DNA of 64,000 bases from an uncultured delta proteobacterium (lineage in GTDB: Bacteria > Myxococcota_A > Polyangia > Fen-1088): assembly GCA_963767925.1 (NCBI GenBank), contig CAVYGB010000002.1, positions 448,001 to 512,000 on the forward strand, given 5' to 3'. The notes below the pieces were generated by a model. The model saw only the letters and a list, made by a program, of their open reading frames with translations, was not told the DNA's origin and did no database searches. The position numbers and the translations under genes were made by a program. This document shows, one piece after another, positions 50,094-60,706 of this stretch (position 1 is the stretch's first letter; every line of letters starts with the position of its first letter).

Positions 50094-52175
50094 TCAGGTG
50101 GGGAGGTCGCGCGCGGGGGCGGCCTGCTGCTGGCGGCGCTGGCGGAGGCGCTGCTGGCGGCGTTCTCGCTCGATCCGCTGCCGGGCGGGGCCGGCGCCGG
50201 GGACGATCTTCCGGGGCGCTCCTGGCCGCGCGGCCCCCGAGGGCTGGCCGGTCGCGGGGGCGTTCTTGCGATTCGCCGCGGGCGGTCCGCCCGGACGCGG
50301 GGGCGCTACAGGCACTGCGCCCGGACCCCCAGGCACGGCGGCCCCGCCGGGACGAACCGGCGCCGGGGCCGAACCCGGCCGAACCGGAGCGACCGGAGGC
50401 GCCCTGGGGCCAGCCGGCGCACCCGGAGCCGCGCCCGGGCGAGCCGGTGGCGCGGGCGCAGGGACGGCGACTGGCTTCACCGCCGGCACTACCGGCTTCA
50501 CCACCGCCGGCGGCGGCGGCGCGGGGGTCAGGGCGGCGGGCCAGGGGAGCTTGGGGCCAGGAGGGGGCTCCCAGATGCGGGTCACGTAGCGCCAGGCGTG
50601 TTCGGCGTAGGGGCCGGTGGCGGGGAACTCGCGCTGGTAGACGTAGAAGACGCCGACCGCGAGCGCGCAGGCGAGGGGGACGGCCAGGGGGGCCAGGCGG
50701 GTGCCGCGGCTGATCAGCCACAACACGACGCCGAGGGCGACAAGGTACAGGGGGGCGAGGGCGAGAAAGCCGCGGAGGCCGAGGGCGGTGCCGACCGAGT
50801 GGGTGGCGTAGCCCTCCCGCACCAGGCGGAAGGACAGCTCGAACACGGGGTTGCGCAGGCCATCGGGCCAGTGGGGAAAGGTCGTCGCGGCGGCCAGGAA
50901 GATCGCCACCGAGACCAGCACCACCGCCTGGGCCAGCACCCGGGTGACCAGGAACCGGTAGGCGGCGGCGAAGCCCGCCGCCGCCAGCCAGCCGAGGAAC
51001 GGGAAGCAGGCGCCGAGGTAACGCGGCCCCACCGCCCAGCCGGCCCGCGCGAACTGCGGCACCAGCGAGCCGATGGCGACCAGGTAGACCGCGACGATGA
51101 CCAGGCAGGTGATCGCCTCGGCCCCCGCCCGGCGGCGGGCAGTCCGGCTGGCGAAGATCGCCACCAGCCCGACCAGGGCCAGCAGCACCCAGGGCATCAG
51201 CAGCACCAGACCGTTGGAGGGGTCGAGCAGCAGGAGGAAAAACGACTGGCGGCTGGGGCCCACCATGCCGAGGAAGCCGGTGCGGGTGACGGTGTCGTTG
51301 GCGGTCGACAGCGGGGTGGCCAGCGGCGACCCGAACAGCAGCTTGTGGTAGAGGCCCAGCGCCACCGCCAGCGGCAGCGCGCCGAGGGCGATGAAGGCGA
51401 GGTTGCGCAGCCGCTTGCGCGCCCGGATGAAGGCGTACAGGCCCACCACCGGGGCGACGAAGACGGTCTGGTAGTCCATCAGCACGGCGGCCGCGCACAG
51501 GGCCCCCACCAGCAGCGCGGTCAGCCGGGGGCGCGCCGTCTCGTCCCGGGCCAGCAACACCGCCGCAACGAAGGCGCTCCCCAGGCAGACCGCGGCGAGC
51601 TGGTGCGATAAAAACAGGATCGCGTAGGGCAAGGCCGACGAGCCCAGGGCGTAGGCCACCAGGGTCGCCCGGCGGGCCGGCTCATCCGGCGTGAAGCGGG
51701 CGGTGAGCCGGTAGAAGAAGGGCAGGAAAAACAGGGCCGGGATGGTCACCGCGAACACCCGGAAGGCCCAGGTCGAGCTGCGGATCGAGGTGGTCTTGAA
51801 GAACTTGAGGACGGCGTAGACCGGCACCGCCAGGAACGACGGCCCCGGCGCCTTGTTGGAATAGAAGTGCCCGTCGGCCCCCTTCGACAGGTCGAAGCGC
51901 GAGCCCATCTCGTTCATGCGCCCGTCGATGCGGCACGAGCCGCGCTCGACGATCTCCTGCGACATCAGGATGCGCGGCATCTCGTTGGCGCTGCGGAGCC
52001 GGTCGAAGTAGGGGAACGAATAGAGATAGATGAAGGCGAAAAACAGGAAGGCCCGGCCCGACAGCGGGCGCAAGGTGGGCAACGACTCGACCGTGGGGCG
52101 CCGGCGCGGCGCCGGCGGCGCGGCGGGCAGCGGCGCCGAGGACGCGGTGAGCGGCGACGACAGGGTCTCGAACAT
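50094..52175 (-). CDS. Multi-pass membrane protein, GT-C glycosyltransferase-like, with Pro/Ala-rich tail
   Basis: YSNKAPG, GWAVGPRYL motifs and many TM helices. Confidence 0.7.
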   Translation of the reverse strand: MFETLSSPLTASSAPLPAAPPAPRRRPTVESLPTLRPLSGRAFLFFAFIYLYSFPYFDRLRSANEMPRILMSQEIVERGSCRIDGRMNEMGSRFDLSKGADGHFYSNKAPGPSFLAVPVYAVLKFFKTTSIRSSTWAFRVFAVTIPALFFLPFFYRLTARFTPDEPARRATLVAYALGSSALPYAILFLSHQLAAVCLGSAFVAAVLLARDETARPRLTALLVGALCAAAVLMDYQTVFVAPVVGLYAFIRARKRLRNLAFIALGALPLAVALGLYHKLLFGSPLATPLSTANDTVTRTGFLGMVGPSRQSFFLLLLDPSNGLVLLMPWVLLALVGLVAIFASRTARRRAGAEAITCLVIVAVYLVAIGSLVPQFARAGWAVGPRYLGACFPFLGWLAAAGFAAAYRFLVTRVLAQAVVLVSVAIFLAAATTFPHWPDGLRNPVFELSFRLVREGYATHSVGTALGLRGFLALAPLYLVALGVVLWLISRGTRLAPLAVPLACALAVGVFYVYQREFPATGPYAEHAWRYVTRIWEPPPGPKLPWPAALTPAPPPPAVVKPVVPAVKPVAVPAPAPPARPGAAPGAPAGPRAPPVAPVRPGSAPAPVRPGGAAVPGGPGAVPVAPPRPGGPPAANRKNAPATGQPSGAARPGAPRKIVPGAGPARQRIERERRQQRLRQRRQQQAAPARDLPT

Positions 52176-52232
52176 TTTGCCGGCGCTGTCTTACTACAAC
52201 TGAAGCAATCCCGCGTCGATGGTCCTTGCCGG

Positions 52233-52880
52233 TCAGGGCAGACGCACCTGGAGACCCACCCCGAGGTCGAGCTCGACCCGGAACCAGCGCACGACGCCGA
52301 TGCTCTCGCCGAACTGAAGATAGACACCCACGTTCCGGAGCGCGTCGTACATGAGGCCGTTGGAGTTGCGCAGGCCGAAGTCGGTGTTGCGCACGCGGGC
52401 CTGCCCCTGCGCGGTGGCGTCGAACAGCACCTGCAGCGTGCTGAAGAACTTCAGCCGCAGGTCGCGGTCCAGCCAGAAGCGCACCCCCGGGGCCACCGCG
52501 ATCTGCCGGCCCACCCCTGGCGCCTCGTCGCGGGCCAGCCCCAGCCGCAGGTCCGCCAGCAGGTCGACGCCCGCCGAGACGCCGTAAGAGAGCTGCACGT
52601 CCAGGAACAGCGGCACGTCGTTGGTGCAGACCCACTTGCTGTCGTCACCGCTGGCGTCGAGGCAGCTCGGCTCCTCCTGGTAGCGGGCGATCACCCGGTA
52701 GCCGATCCCCGGCATCACCGAGAGGCCCACCTGGTGCCGGTGGTCGAGCGCGGGGGGCCGCTGCCGGAACGGGAGGGTCGCCGCGGGCCCATCGGCCTGC
52801 GCTTTCCCACCCCAGTTCGGCGCGACAACCGCTCCGAGAGCGCCCATACTCAAGGTGACGATGACGCGCGGCAAGGTCAT
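52233..52880 (-). CDS. Hypothetical outer-membrane beta-barrel-like protein
   Basis: Signal-like N-terminus, amphipathic beta-strand pattern ending GVGLQVRLP; start uncertain. Confidence 0.6.
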   Translation of the reverse strand: MTLPRVIVTLSMGALGAVVAPNWGGKAQADGPAATLPFRQRPPALDHRHQVGLSVMPGIGYRVIARYQEEPSCLDASGDDSKWVCTNDVPLFLDVQLSYGVSAGVDLLADLRLGLARDEAPGVGRQIAVAPGVRFWLDRDLRLKFFSTLQVLFDATAQGQARVRNTDFGLRNSNGLMYDALRNVGVYLQFGESIGVVRWFRVELDLGVGLQVRLP

Positions 52881-53736
52881 TGGGGCGCCAAGTATCCATC
52901 TGGCGGGTGAACACGACAACCAGGGCCGACCGAAGAGTGACTCGCCAGTCGCCCCGGACGTTACCTCGGGGGCAGCGCGGGGTCCCGGGCGACGGGCCCT
53001 CCTGGCCGCCCTGCCGGCGCTGGGCCTGCTGCCCGCCCGGCGCAGCCACGCGATCGGGGACCACGCGGCCCTGCGCTTCGCCCGCCTGCACCTGCCCGAC
53101 CTGCCCAACCCGCGCCCCTCGGCCCTGCGCCGGCTGGCGATGGAGATCGAGCGGCGCACCAGCCTGGTGACGGTCGCCGAGCCGATCGACATCCGCCCCA
53201 CCGACAACGAGCTGTTCCGCTACCCCTTCCTGGTGCTCTCGGGCGACCGGGGCTTCGCCCCGCCGACCGACGCGGAGGTGGGGCGCCTGCGACGTTTCCT
53301 CACCTACGGCGGCTTTCTCCTGGTCGACTCGGCCGAGGGCCGGGCCAGCGGGCGCTTCGACGAATCGGTGCGCGCCCTGCTGGCGCGGGCCCTGCCGGGC
53401 GACCTGCCCGCCCGGGTCGCCGACGACCACGTCCTGTGGAAGTCGTTCTACGTCTTGCGCGGGGTGGCCGGCCGCATCCTGGCCGCGCCCTACCTGGAGG
53501 CGGTCGAGCGCGACCGGCGCCTGGCGGTCGTCTACACCCAGAACGATCTCTCGGGCGCCCTGGCCCGCGACGGGTTCGGCCGCTGGGAGCACGAGGTGCT
53601 GCCGGGCGGTGACTCCCAGCGCGAGCAGGCCTTCCGCTTCGCGGTCAACGTCGTGATGTACGCCTTCTGCCTCGACTACAAGACCGAGCAGGCCCACATC
53701 GAGTTCATCCTCAAGACCCGGAGGCAGCGCTTCTGA
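52861..53736 (+). CDS. DUF4159 domain protein
   Basis: LFRYPFLVLSG, FLTYGGFLLVD, NVVMYA.CLDYK motifs; start uncertain. Confidence 0.8.
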   Translation: MTRGKVIGAPSIHLAGEHDNQGRPKSDSPVAPDVTSGAARGPGRRALLAALPALGLLPARRSHAIGDHAALRFARLHLPDLPNPRPSALRRLAMEIERRTSLVTVAEPIDIRPTDNELFRYPFLVLSGDRGFAPPTDAEVGRLRRFLTYGGFLLVDSAEGRASGRFDESVRALLARALPGDLPARVADDHVLWKSFYVLRGVAGRILAAPYLEAVERDRRLAVVYTQNDLSGALARDGFGRWEHEVLPGGDSQREQAFRFAVNVVMYAFCLDYKTEQAHIEFILKTRRQRF

Positions 53737-56059
53737 TGCCTCCCATCACGGAGGCCCTCCCCACCGAAGCGCTGGCCCACATGGACTGGCGCATCGCCAT
53801 CGGCTCGAACCTGCCCCGCGGGCTGCTGGTCGTGCTGTGCGCGGCCGCCGGCTTCGCCCTCGCCTTCTCCGCGGTGTCGCTGCTGTGGGAGCGGCGGCGC
53901 GGCCGGGCCGGGCTGCTGCTGGCCCTGCGGGCCCTGGCCATCGCCGCCTGCTTGCTGGTGGCCTGCAGCCGGTGCTCGAGCTGGGGCAGGTCACCCGGGT
54001 GCCCAACCACGTCGCGGTGCTGGTCGACACCTCGCGCTCGATGACCGTGCGCCCGCCCGACGGCAAGGAGCGCTTCCAGCGCGCCGCCGACACCGTGCAG
54101 GGCGCCGGCGTGCAGTTCGAGGCCTGGCGCCAGCTCGGGCACAAGGTCGACCTCTACAGCTTCGGCGAGAGCCTGTCGCCCACCGACGTGCGCAGCCTGC
54201 GCCTGCCCCCCAAGGCGGAGGCCACCCGCATCGGCGAGAGCCTGGCCGAGCTGCGCGGCCGCTACGCCGGGCGCGATCTCGGCGCGGTCGTCATCGTCTC
54301 GGACGGCATCGACACCGGCCGGGTGGGCAAGGGCCCCGTCGACGGCGAGACCCGCAAGACCCTGGAGGCGCTCGGCGCGCCCGTGCACACCGTGTTCGTG
54401 GGCGAGGCCGCCCTGCGCGACCTGTCGGTGGCGGCGGTGCTGGCCGACGACTTCGCCTTCGTGCGCACCCCCATCAAGCTCGAGGCCATCTTGCGCGCCA
54501 CCGGCCTGCCCCGCCGCCAGGTGGAGGTGACCTTGACCCGCGACGGCCGCCTGGTCGACACCCGCAGCCTGCACCTCGAGGGCGACGACGTCGAGGAGAA
54601 GGTCTCCTTCGACTGGACGCCCGACCGCCCCGGCAACTTCGTGTTCGAGATCGCCACCCCGGTGCTGACGGGCGAGGCCCTCGACCACCAACAACCGCCA
54701 GGTCTTCACCCTCAAGGTGATCCGCGACCGGGTGCGGGTGTTGCACGTGTGCGGCCGGCCCAGCTGGGACCAGCGCTTCTTGCGCTCGATGTTGCGCCTC
54801 GATCCCAACGTCGACCTGGTCTCGTTCTTCATCTTGCGCACCGAGACCGACGACCAGCCCTGGAACCGGGAGGAGATGTCGCTCATCCCCTTCCCCGACC
54901 GGGAGATCTTCGACGAGCAGCTCAAGTCGTTCGACCTGCTCATCTTCCAGAACTTCAACTCCGCCCCCAGCTACAAGGTCGAGCCCTACCTGCCGGGCCT
55001 GCGCGACTACGTGCAGTCGGGCGGCGCGCTGGCCATGGTGGGCGGCGATCTGTCGTTCGCCAGCGGGGGCTACGCCCAGACCGCCCTGCGCGAGGTGCTG
55101 CCGGTCGAGCTGGAGGGCATCCCCATCCAGGGCGACCGGGCCGTCACCCGGGACGCCTTCCGCCCCAGCTGACCACCTCCGGGCGCACCCACCCCGTCAC
55201 CTCGCTGAGCCTGGAGCCCAAGACCAACGAGGCGCGCTGGGCGGCCCTGCCCCCGCTCGAGGGGATGAACCGCGTCTCCCGGCTCAAGCCGGGCGCCACC
55301 GCCCTGCTCGCCCACCCCACCGCCCGCAGCGAGGCCGGCGAGCCGGCGCCCGTGCTGGCGGTGACCGACGCCGGCAAGGGCCGCACCCTGGCGCTGACCA
55401 CCGACACCGCCTGGCACTGGGGTTTCCTGGCCGCCGGCGGCCGGCGACGACGGCCGCACCTTCCAGCGCTTCTGGGAAGAGCGCCATCCGCTGGCTGGTG
55501 CGCGACCCCGCCCTCACCCTGCTGCGGGTCGAGCTCGACCGGGTCGAATACCGCCGCGGTCAGCCGGCCTCGGCCCGCGCCCGCACCCTGCACGCCGACT
55601 ACTCGCCGGCCGGCGAGACCCCGGTGGCGCTGGCCCTCTTCCCGGTCGGCAGCGGCGACACCAGCAAGCCGCTGCGCACCTTCGAGGTCACCACCAACAA
55701 GGACGGCGAGACCCACGTCGAGCTGCCGGCGCTGGCCGCCGGGGTCTACCGCCTGGTCGGGCGCGCCACCATCGACGGCCGCAACCTGACCGAGGAGCAG
55801 ACCTTCGTCGATCCGCCCCGAGGGGCGCGAGCTGGAGGACGTCGTCTCCCACAAGGAGGTCCTGCGCGAGATCGCCTCGATCACCGGAGGCGCCTTCATC
55901 GAGGGGGCCATCGGCGAGCCCAGAGTGCGCAAGCCCCGCGAGATCCGCGCCGGCAGCCTGCGCACGGTCGAGCTGTGGTCCAACCCGCTGCTGCTGCTGC
56001 TGGCGATCGCCCTGCTCGTCACCGAGTGGACCCTGCGCCGCCGCGCCGGCCACGGCTGA
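53736..56059 (+). CDS. Membrane protein with vWA-like and GATase1-like domains (several frameshifts)
   Basis: VLVDTSRSM, VSDG, DPNVDLVSF.ILRT, GGALAMVGG, EWTLRRR; coupled to the DUF4159 gene. Confidence 0.75.
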
Positions 56060-56115
56060 TCCGGAGGGGCCGGCGATCCGTCGACGCCTTCCTCCGAGGT
56101 CGCCCCCCGCTGCCC

Positions 56116-56160
56116 GTTTGCCGTCGCCCGGCGCGGAGAGAGGGAGGGTGAGGGGTCTCC
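56116..56160. repeat. Degenerate BoxC/REP-like element
   Basis: GTTTGCCGTCGCCCGGCGCGGAGAGAGGGAGGGTGAGGGGTCTCC. Confidence 0.75.
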
Positions 56161-56209
56161 GCGGCACCCCGTTCGGCGATCCAACGAGTCGCCGAGCACC
56201 GTCACGTAG

Positions 56210-56227
56210 CTAGTGCCCTATTCAAGT
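56210..56227. repeat. IS-end-like 18-bp sequence, inverted partner of 49837-49854
   Basis: CTAGTGCCCTATTCAAGT, exact reverse complement. Confidence 0.8.
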
Positions 56228-56410
56228 CTCACGCAGGCGATCGCCACTTCGCGGTGGCCGAGCAAGGACGGCAACCGGACCGGGACCGCGGTCAGCGGAT
56301 CTTGAGCCACTGGATAAGGTTGCCCGTCACCTCGGCGTGGCGGGTGGCGGTTCCTGCCTGATCGAGCCGGTGCCCCCGATGTCGGCCTACCAGGCGACGC
56401 CCCGCCATCG

Positions 56411-56698
56411 CTAAGGAGGCGCCCCGGTCCGCCACTCGGCGTCCCCGTCCGTGAGGGCGCAGAGCAGCTTGGCGTCTTCTACCTCGAACACGGCGGGATC
56501 GTCCGGCCGCTGCGCGCCCATGAAGAAGAGCCAGGCGGTTCGCCGGTCGCGGTAGTGCTGGCGCGCCCACGCGCGGGCCCGGTCGATCTCGTCGCGCACA
56601 GACGCCCGTCGCGACCCGCTCCAGGTCGCCCAGCCGATGCGCACGCGATACGGTCGGACGAGATCCTTCCCCTCCCAATCGCCCACGTCAAGCGTCAC
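56411..56698 (-). pseudogene. Degraded hypothetical gene
   Basis: Protein-like 95-aa frame bounded by in-frame stops on both sides. Confidence 0.3.
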
Positions 56699-56896
56699 CC
56701 AGAGGGCTCCGCCGTGCTCCGTCGGCTCCTGCTTCCATCATTTCATGAATCACCGCATGGATTCAGTCCTTTCCGGACCAGCCTTGCCTGGTCGCACCGA
56801 GTTCGTGTCCGTGTGTGGTGAGCGTGTTCGGCCCGCGGGCCTCGGCTCGCGTGATTCACGCGCACCGAGAGCCGCCTGGCCGCTCACCGCTCGCCC

Positions 56897-56963
56897 CACA
56901 CGAACTCGAACACGAACACGGGCTCGAACACGCCCACGAGCTCGAACACGCCCACGAGCACGC
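56897..56963. repeat. Degenerate hexamer tandem repeat (CACGAA/CTCGAA/CACGAG)
   Basis: CACGAACTCGAACACGAACACGGGCTCGAACACGCCCACGAGCTCGAACACGCCCACGAGCACG. Confidence 0.8.
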
Positions 56964-57060
56964 GTCCCGGCCTCGATACCTCGTTTCGCCCATCGGGCAA
57001 ATTCTCCACAGGTTTCAGCGGCTGGCTCTAAGGGGCCCCGAGCGGTTTAATCCGCCGCGC

Positions 57061-57145
57061 CGGAGCCCCTCACCCCTCCCTCTCCCTGCTGCCGCGGGGC
57101 GAGGGCGAACAACCGGCGAGGTGCGCCGGTCATCATCCCAGGGAC
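57061..57145. repeat. BoxC/REP-like element with extended flank
   Basis: CCCCTCACCCCTCCCTCTCCCTGCTGCCGCGGGGCGAGGGCGAACAACCGG...CATCCCAG, similar to the reverse complement of 33083-33157. Confidence 0.9.
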
Positions 57146-57149
57146 CGCG

Positions 57150-57527
57150 TCAGCCGGGGTGGGCCTGCTCGGGGCGGGAGACGCTGGCGTAGAGGCGTTC
57201 CCAGGGGATGTGCCGGCCGCTCGCCGGGCGGGGGCCGGGGAAGGAGCGCTCGAGGGCGCGGAAGGCGGTCACCTCGGGCACGTGCGCCTGCCGCCAGCCG
57301 AAGGGCTTGCCCGAGCGGCTCTCGCCGCCGACCTGGTAGAAGAACAGCGTCGGCCGCCCGCCGGTCAGGCCGTAGTCGTGCGGCTCGGCGATGCGGCGGC
57401 GACCCTGGTAGACGAAGGAGACCAGGCGGCGCCCGTCGATGGCGGCGCAGAGCTGCCGGTGCAAGATCCAGACGACGGGCGAGATGGACAGGACCGGGGC
57501 GGGGCTCTCGTCGGAGGTGGACGACAT
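57150..57527 (-). CDS. Stand-alone WYL-like domain protein
   Basis: LCAAIDGRRLVSFVY...RIAEPHDYG...FYQVGG..GWR pattern; CAGGAA upstream. Confidence 0.65.
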   Translation of the reverse strand: MSSTSDESPAPVLSISPVVWILHRQLCAAIDGRRLVSFVYQGRRRIAEPHDYGLTGGRPTLFFYQVGGESRSGKPFGWRQAHVPEVTAFRALERSFPGPRPASGRHIPWERLYASVSRPEQAHPG

Positions 57528-57662
57528 GTCGGTTCCTGCCGGCGAACTCTAGGGCATCGCCCCCGGCGTGCGCACGGCCGCGCCGGAAAATCGGGATCGT
57601 TCTGCGGGTGATCGGGCGCATCGGGTTTCCGATCGCGAAATGGCAAGGTGGGGCCAGACGTC

Positions 57663-58698
57663 ATGAAGGAGAACTCTCTGGTTTCACGCGGCCCATATCC
57701 CGAAGATCGAACATCCCGGCCGACCAGCGCTGCGGGGGCGAGGCCGGCGCGGCGCCGTCCGGGCAGCCGAGGTGGACGCCTGCGGGCGGTGCTCGGCGCG
57801 GCCCTGCTGCTCGGCGCCTCGTCGTGCGAGGGCGACCCCGGGCGGGACCCCCTGGACCCCGCGGGGACCTGGCTTGGCAGCATCCCGGTCGGATCGGTCC
57901 CCTACCGGGTGATCTTCAACCTCGAGCGGGACGCCGAGGGGCGCTACGGCGGCACCCTCGACAACCCCGAGGTCGGTGCGCTCGCGATCCCGCTGACCCG
58001 GGTGGAGGTGCGCGAGCGCCACCTGGAGATCAGGTCGAGCACCTGCGCGCCAGCCCTCCCTTCCCGGTGGGGAAAATCGGCCTTGTCGGTCACAGCGAGG
58101 GGGGGCTGATCGGCCCGCTGGCCGCCGACGAGAACCCCGCGGTGGGCTTCCTTGTGTTGCTGGCCGGGCCCGGCGTCTCCGGCGAGGAGATCCTCCTGTC
58201 GCAGCGCCGGGCCATCGGCCGGGCCCAGGCGCGACCGAGGCCCAGCTCCAGCAGTTCGAGGCGCTCAACCGGGCGATCTTCGCCCTGTTTCGCACCAGCT
58301 CGGATCCCGCCGAGATCGACCGGGGGCTGCGCGAGCTGCTCGGGGCCGCGGGCCTGACCGGAGGGGAGCTGGATCAGGCGGTGGCCAGCCTGAACACGCC
58401 CTGGATGCGCTTCTTCGTGGGGTACGACCCGCGCCCGGTCCTGCGCCGCACGCGCGTGCCGGTGCTCGCCCTCGACGGCTCGCTCGACCTGCAGGTGCTG
58501 GCCAACCTCAACCTGCCGGCCATCGAGGCTGCCCTGGGCGAGGCGGGCAACCCGCGCGCCACCGTCCGGGAGCTGCCCGGGCTCAACCACCTGTTCCAGC
58601 ACGCCCGCACCGGCCTGCTCGACGAATACGGGGTGATCCCGGAGACCCTCGCCCCCGAGGTGCTGACCACCGTCGCCGACTGGATCGGGGCCCTGTGA
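57663..58698 (+). pseudogene. Alpha/beta hydrolase with internal deletion and frameshifts
   Basis: GHSEGG nucleophile, DLQV acid and LNHLFQ His present, but the N-terminal domain is joined out of frame near 58030. Confidence 0.7.
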
Positions 58699-58782
58699 GC
58701 GGGTGCCGGCCCGCCCGGGCTGCGCCCGCCGGCGGCCGGGCCCCGGCTTGAAAGCGGCGGGAATCTCCGCTTAGCTGGAGGC

Positions 58783-59562
58783 ATGGTGCGCGGGGCATTC
58801 GACTTCTCCGGGAAGCGGGCGGTGGTGACGGGAGGGGCCCACGGGATCGGACGGGAGACGGTGCGGGCGCTGGTCGCCGGGGGGGCGGAGGTGGCGGTGC
58901 TCGACCGGGAGGCGCCCGAGGACGGCGGCGTCGGATTCTTCCCGGTCGACGTGACCGACGGCGAGGCGGTGGCGGCGGCGCTGCGGGCCTTCGGCGCGCC
59001 GGACATCGTGGTCGCCAACGCGGGCACCGGCCCCGCCGCCGACCTCACCGCCACCACCCGGGAGCAGTGGGACCGGACCCTGGCGGTCAACCTCACCGGC
59101 GTGTTCCACACCGTGCAGGCCGCCGCGCGCGCGATGATCCCGCTCGGCCGGGGGGCCATCGTCCTGACCGCGTCGACGAACGCGTACGACGGCGAGGCCA
59201 GCCTGATCGCCTACAACGCCAGCAAGGCCGGCCTGCTCGGCATCCTGCACACGGCCGCCAACGAGCTCGGCCCCCACGGGATCCGGGTCAACGCCGTCTG
59301 CCCCGGCCTGATCCGCACCCGGATGTCGCAGCGCCAGTTCGACGACCCCGGCTACCTGCGCCCTTACTTCCAGCACATCCCCCTGGGCCGCGGCGGCGAG
59401 CCCGCCGAGGTGGCCGCCGCCATCGCCTTTCTGGCCTCCGACCAGGCCAGCTACATCACCGGCGCCGCCCTCCCGGTCGACGGCGGCCAGCTGGCGACGA
59501 AGTTCGGCACCTGGACCGAGGCCACCGCCAGCTTCGACGGCGGCCGCTGGCGCCTGCGCTGA
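58783..59562 (+). CDS. SDR family oxidoreductase
   Basis: TGGAHGIG, NAG, YNASK, VNAVCPG. Confidence 0.93.
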   Translation: MVRGAFDFSGKRAVVTGGAHGIGRETVRALVAGGAEVAVLDREAPEDGGVGFFPVDVTDGEAVAAALRAFGAPDIVVANAGTGPAADLTATTREQWDRTLAVNLTGVFHTVQAAARAMIPLGRGAIVLTASTNAYDGEASLIAYNASKAGLLGILHTAANELGPHGIRVNAVCPGLIRTRMSQRQFDDPGYLRPYFQHIPLGRGGEPAEVAAAIAFLASDQASYITGAALPVDGGQLATKFGTWTEATASFDGGRWRLR

Positions 59563-59682
59563 AACGCGCGCCCGCCTCGCCCGGCGGGCGTGGCGGCCCG
59601 GACGGCGCGAGCGGTCAGCGGACAATCGCGCGCCGCCGGCGTGAAGCGGGCCTGCGGCCGGCGGGGCGTCGAGGGCTTCCGT

Positions 59683-59729
59683 TTGACGGCCGGGGCGGGG
59701 GCGATCCAGAATCATCCGTCCATTTGGAT
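59683..59729 (+). promoter_or_regulatory. Promoter plus palindromic operator candidate for the ArsR-metH operon
   Basis: TTGACG-18 nt-CAGAAT followed directly by ATCC-GTCCATTT-GGAT. Confidence 0.5.
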
Positions 59730-59740
59730 AAGAGGATGCG

Positions 59741-60693
59741 TTGAACCTCGCCCAGTGCGTCGAGACGTTCAACCTGCTCGGGGACGAGAGCCGGATCCGG
59801 CTGTGCGCGCTGCTGCGCGAGCGCGAGCTGTGCGTGACCGATCTGGTGCGGGTGACGGGCATGGCGCAGTCGCGGGTGTCGACGCACCTGGGGCGGCTGC
59901 GCGAGGCGGGCTTCGTGCGCGACCGGCGCAAGGGGGCCGCAGTCCTTCTATGCCCTGGCCGGCGACGCCCTGCCGGAGACGGCCCGGGTGGTCCTGCGAC
60001 GAGGCCACCCACTCGCCCGACCCCACCCTCGAGGGGGACCAGCGGCGCCTGCTCCGAGCTGGAGGCCGAGCGGCGGGGCGGCCTGCCCGACTCGGCCGAC
60101 GACGAGCTCGAGCGGTACTACTCGCCCGGCCGCACCTGGCAATCGCTGGCCACCGGGGTGGCGGCCCTGCTCCGGCTGGGCGACGTGCTCGACGTCGGCT
60201 CGGGCGACGGCGCGGCGGCGGCCGTCGCTCGCCCCCTACTGCCGCTCGCTCACCTGCGTCGACGCCAACCCGCGGCATGATCGAGGCGGCCCGCGACCGC
60301 CTGGCCCGCTTTCGCCACGTGCCCGGGCCCAGGTGGCCGACGTCCACGAGCTGCCCTTCGCGGACGCCGTCGTTCGACACCGTGCTGGTGTTCCACACGC
60401 TGACCTACGCCGAGCAGCCGGCGCGGGCGCTGGCCGAGTGCGCCCGGGTGCTGCGCCCGGGCGGGCGCCTGGTCCTGCTCTGCCTCGACGACCACCGCCA
60501 GCACGAGGTCACCGCCCGCTACGGCGAGCGCCACCCCGGCTTCTCCCCCGCTCCCTGCGCGGCCTGCTCGCGCGCGCGGGCCTGGAGGTGGTCGACCGCC
60601 GAGGTGACCTGCCGCGAGGCCAAGAAGCCGCACCTGCAGGTGGTCCTCGCCATCGCCGATCGCCCCAGCACGAACCCCCGAGAAGGGAACTGA
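59741..60693 (+). CDS. ArsR-family HTH + methyltransferase-like domain regulator (SahR/SamR type), frameshifted
   Basis: ELCVTDL..QSRVSTHL..LREAG; VLDVGSGDG; RVLRPGG; directly upstream of metH. Confidence 0.85.
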
Positions 60694-60706
60694 CAAGGAA
60701 ACCGCC

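Noticed and set aside
56290..56760. Stop-codon readthrough (Sec/Pyl) in the interrupted minus-strand frame
   Set aside because: Mixed TGA and TAG stops, no recognisable family and no SECIS-like support; decay is simpler
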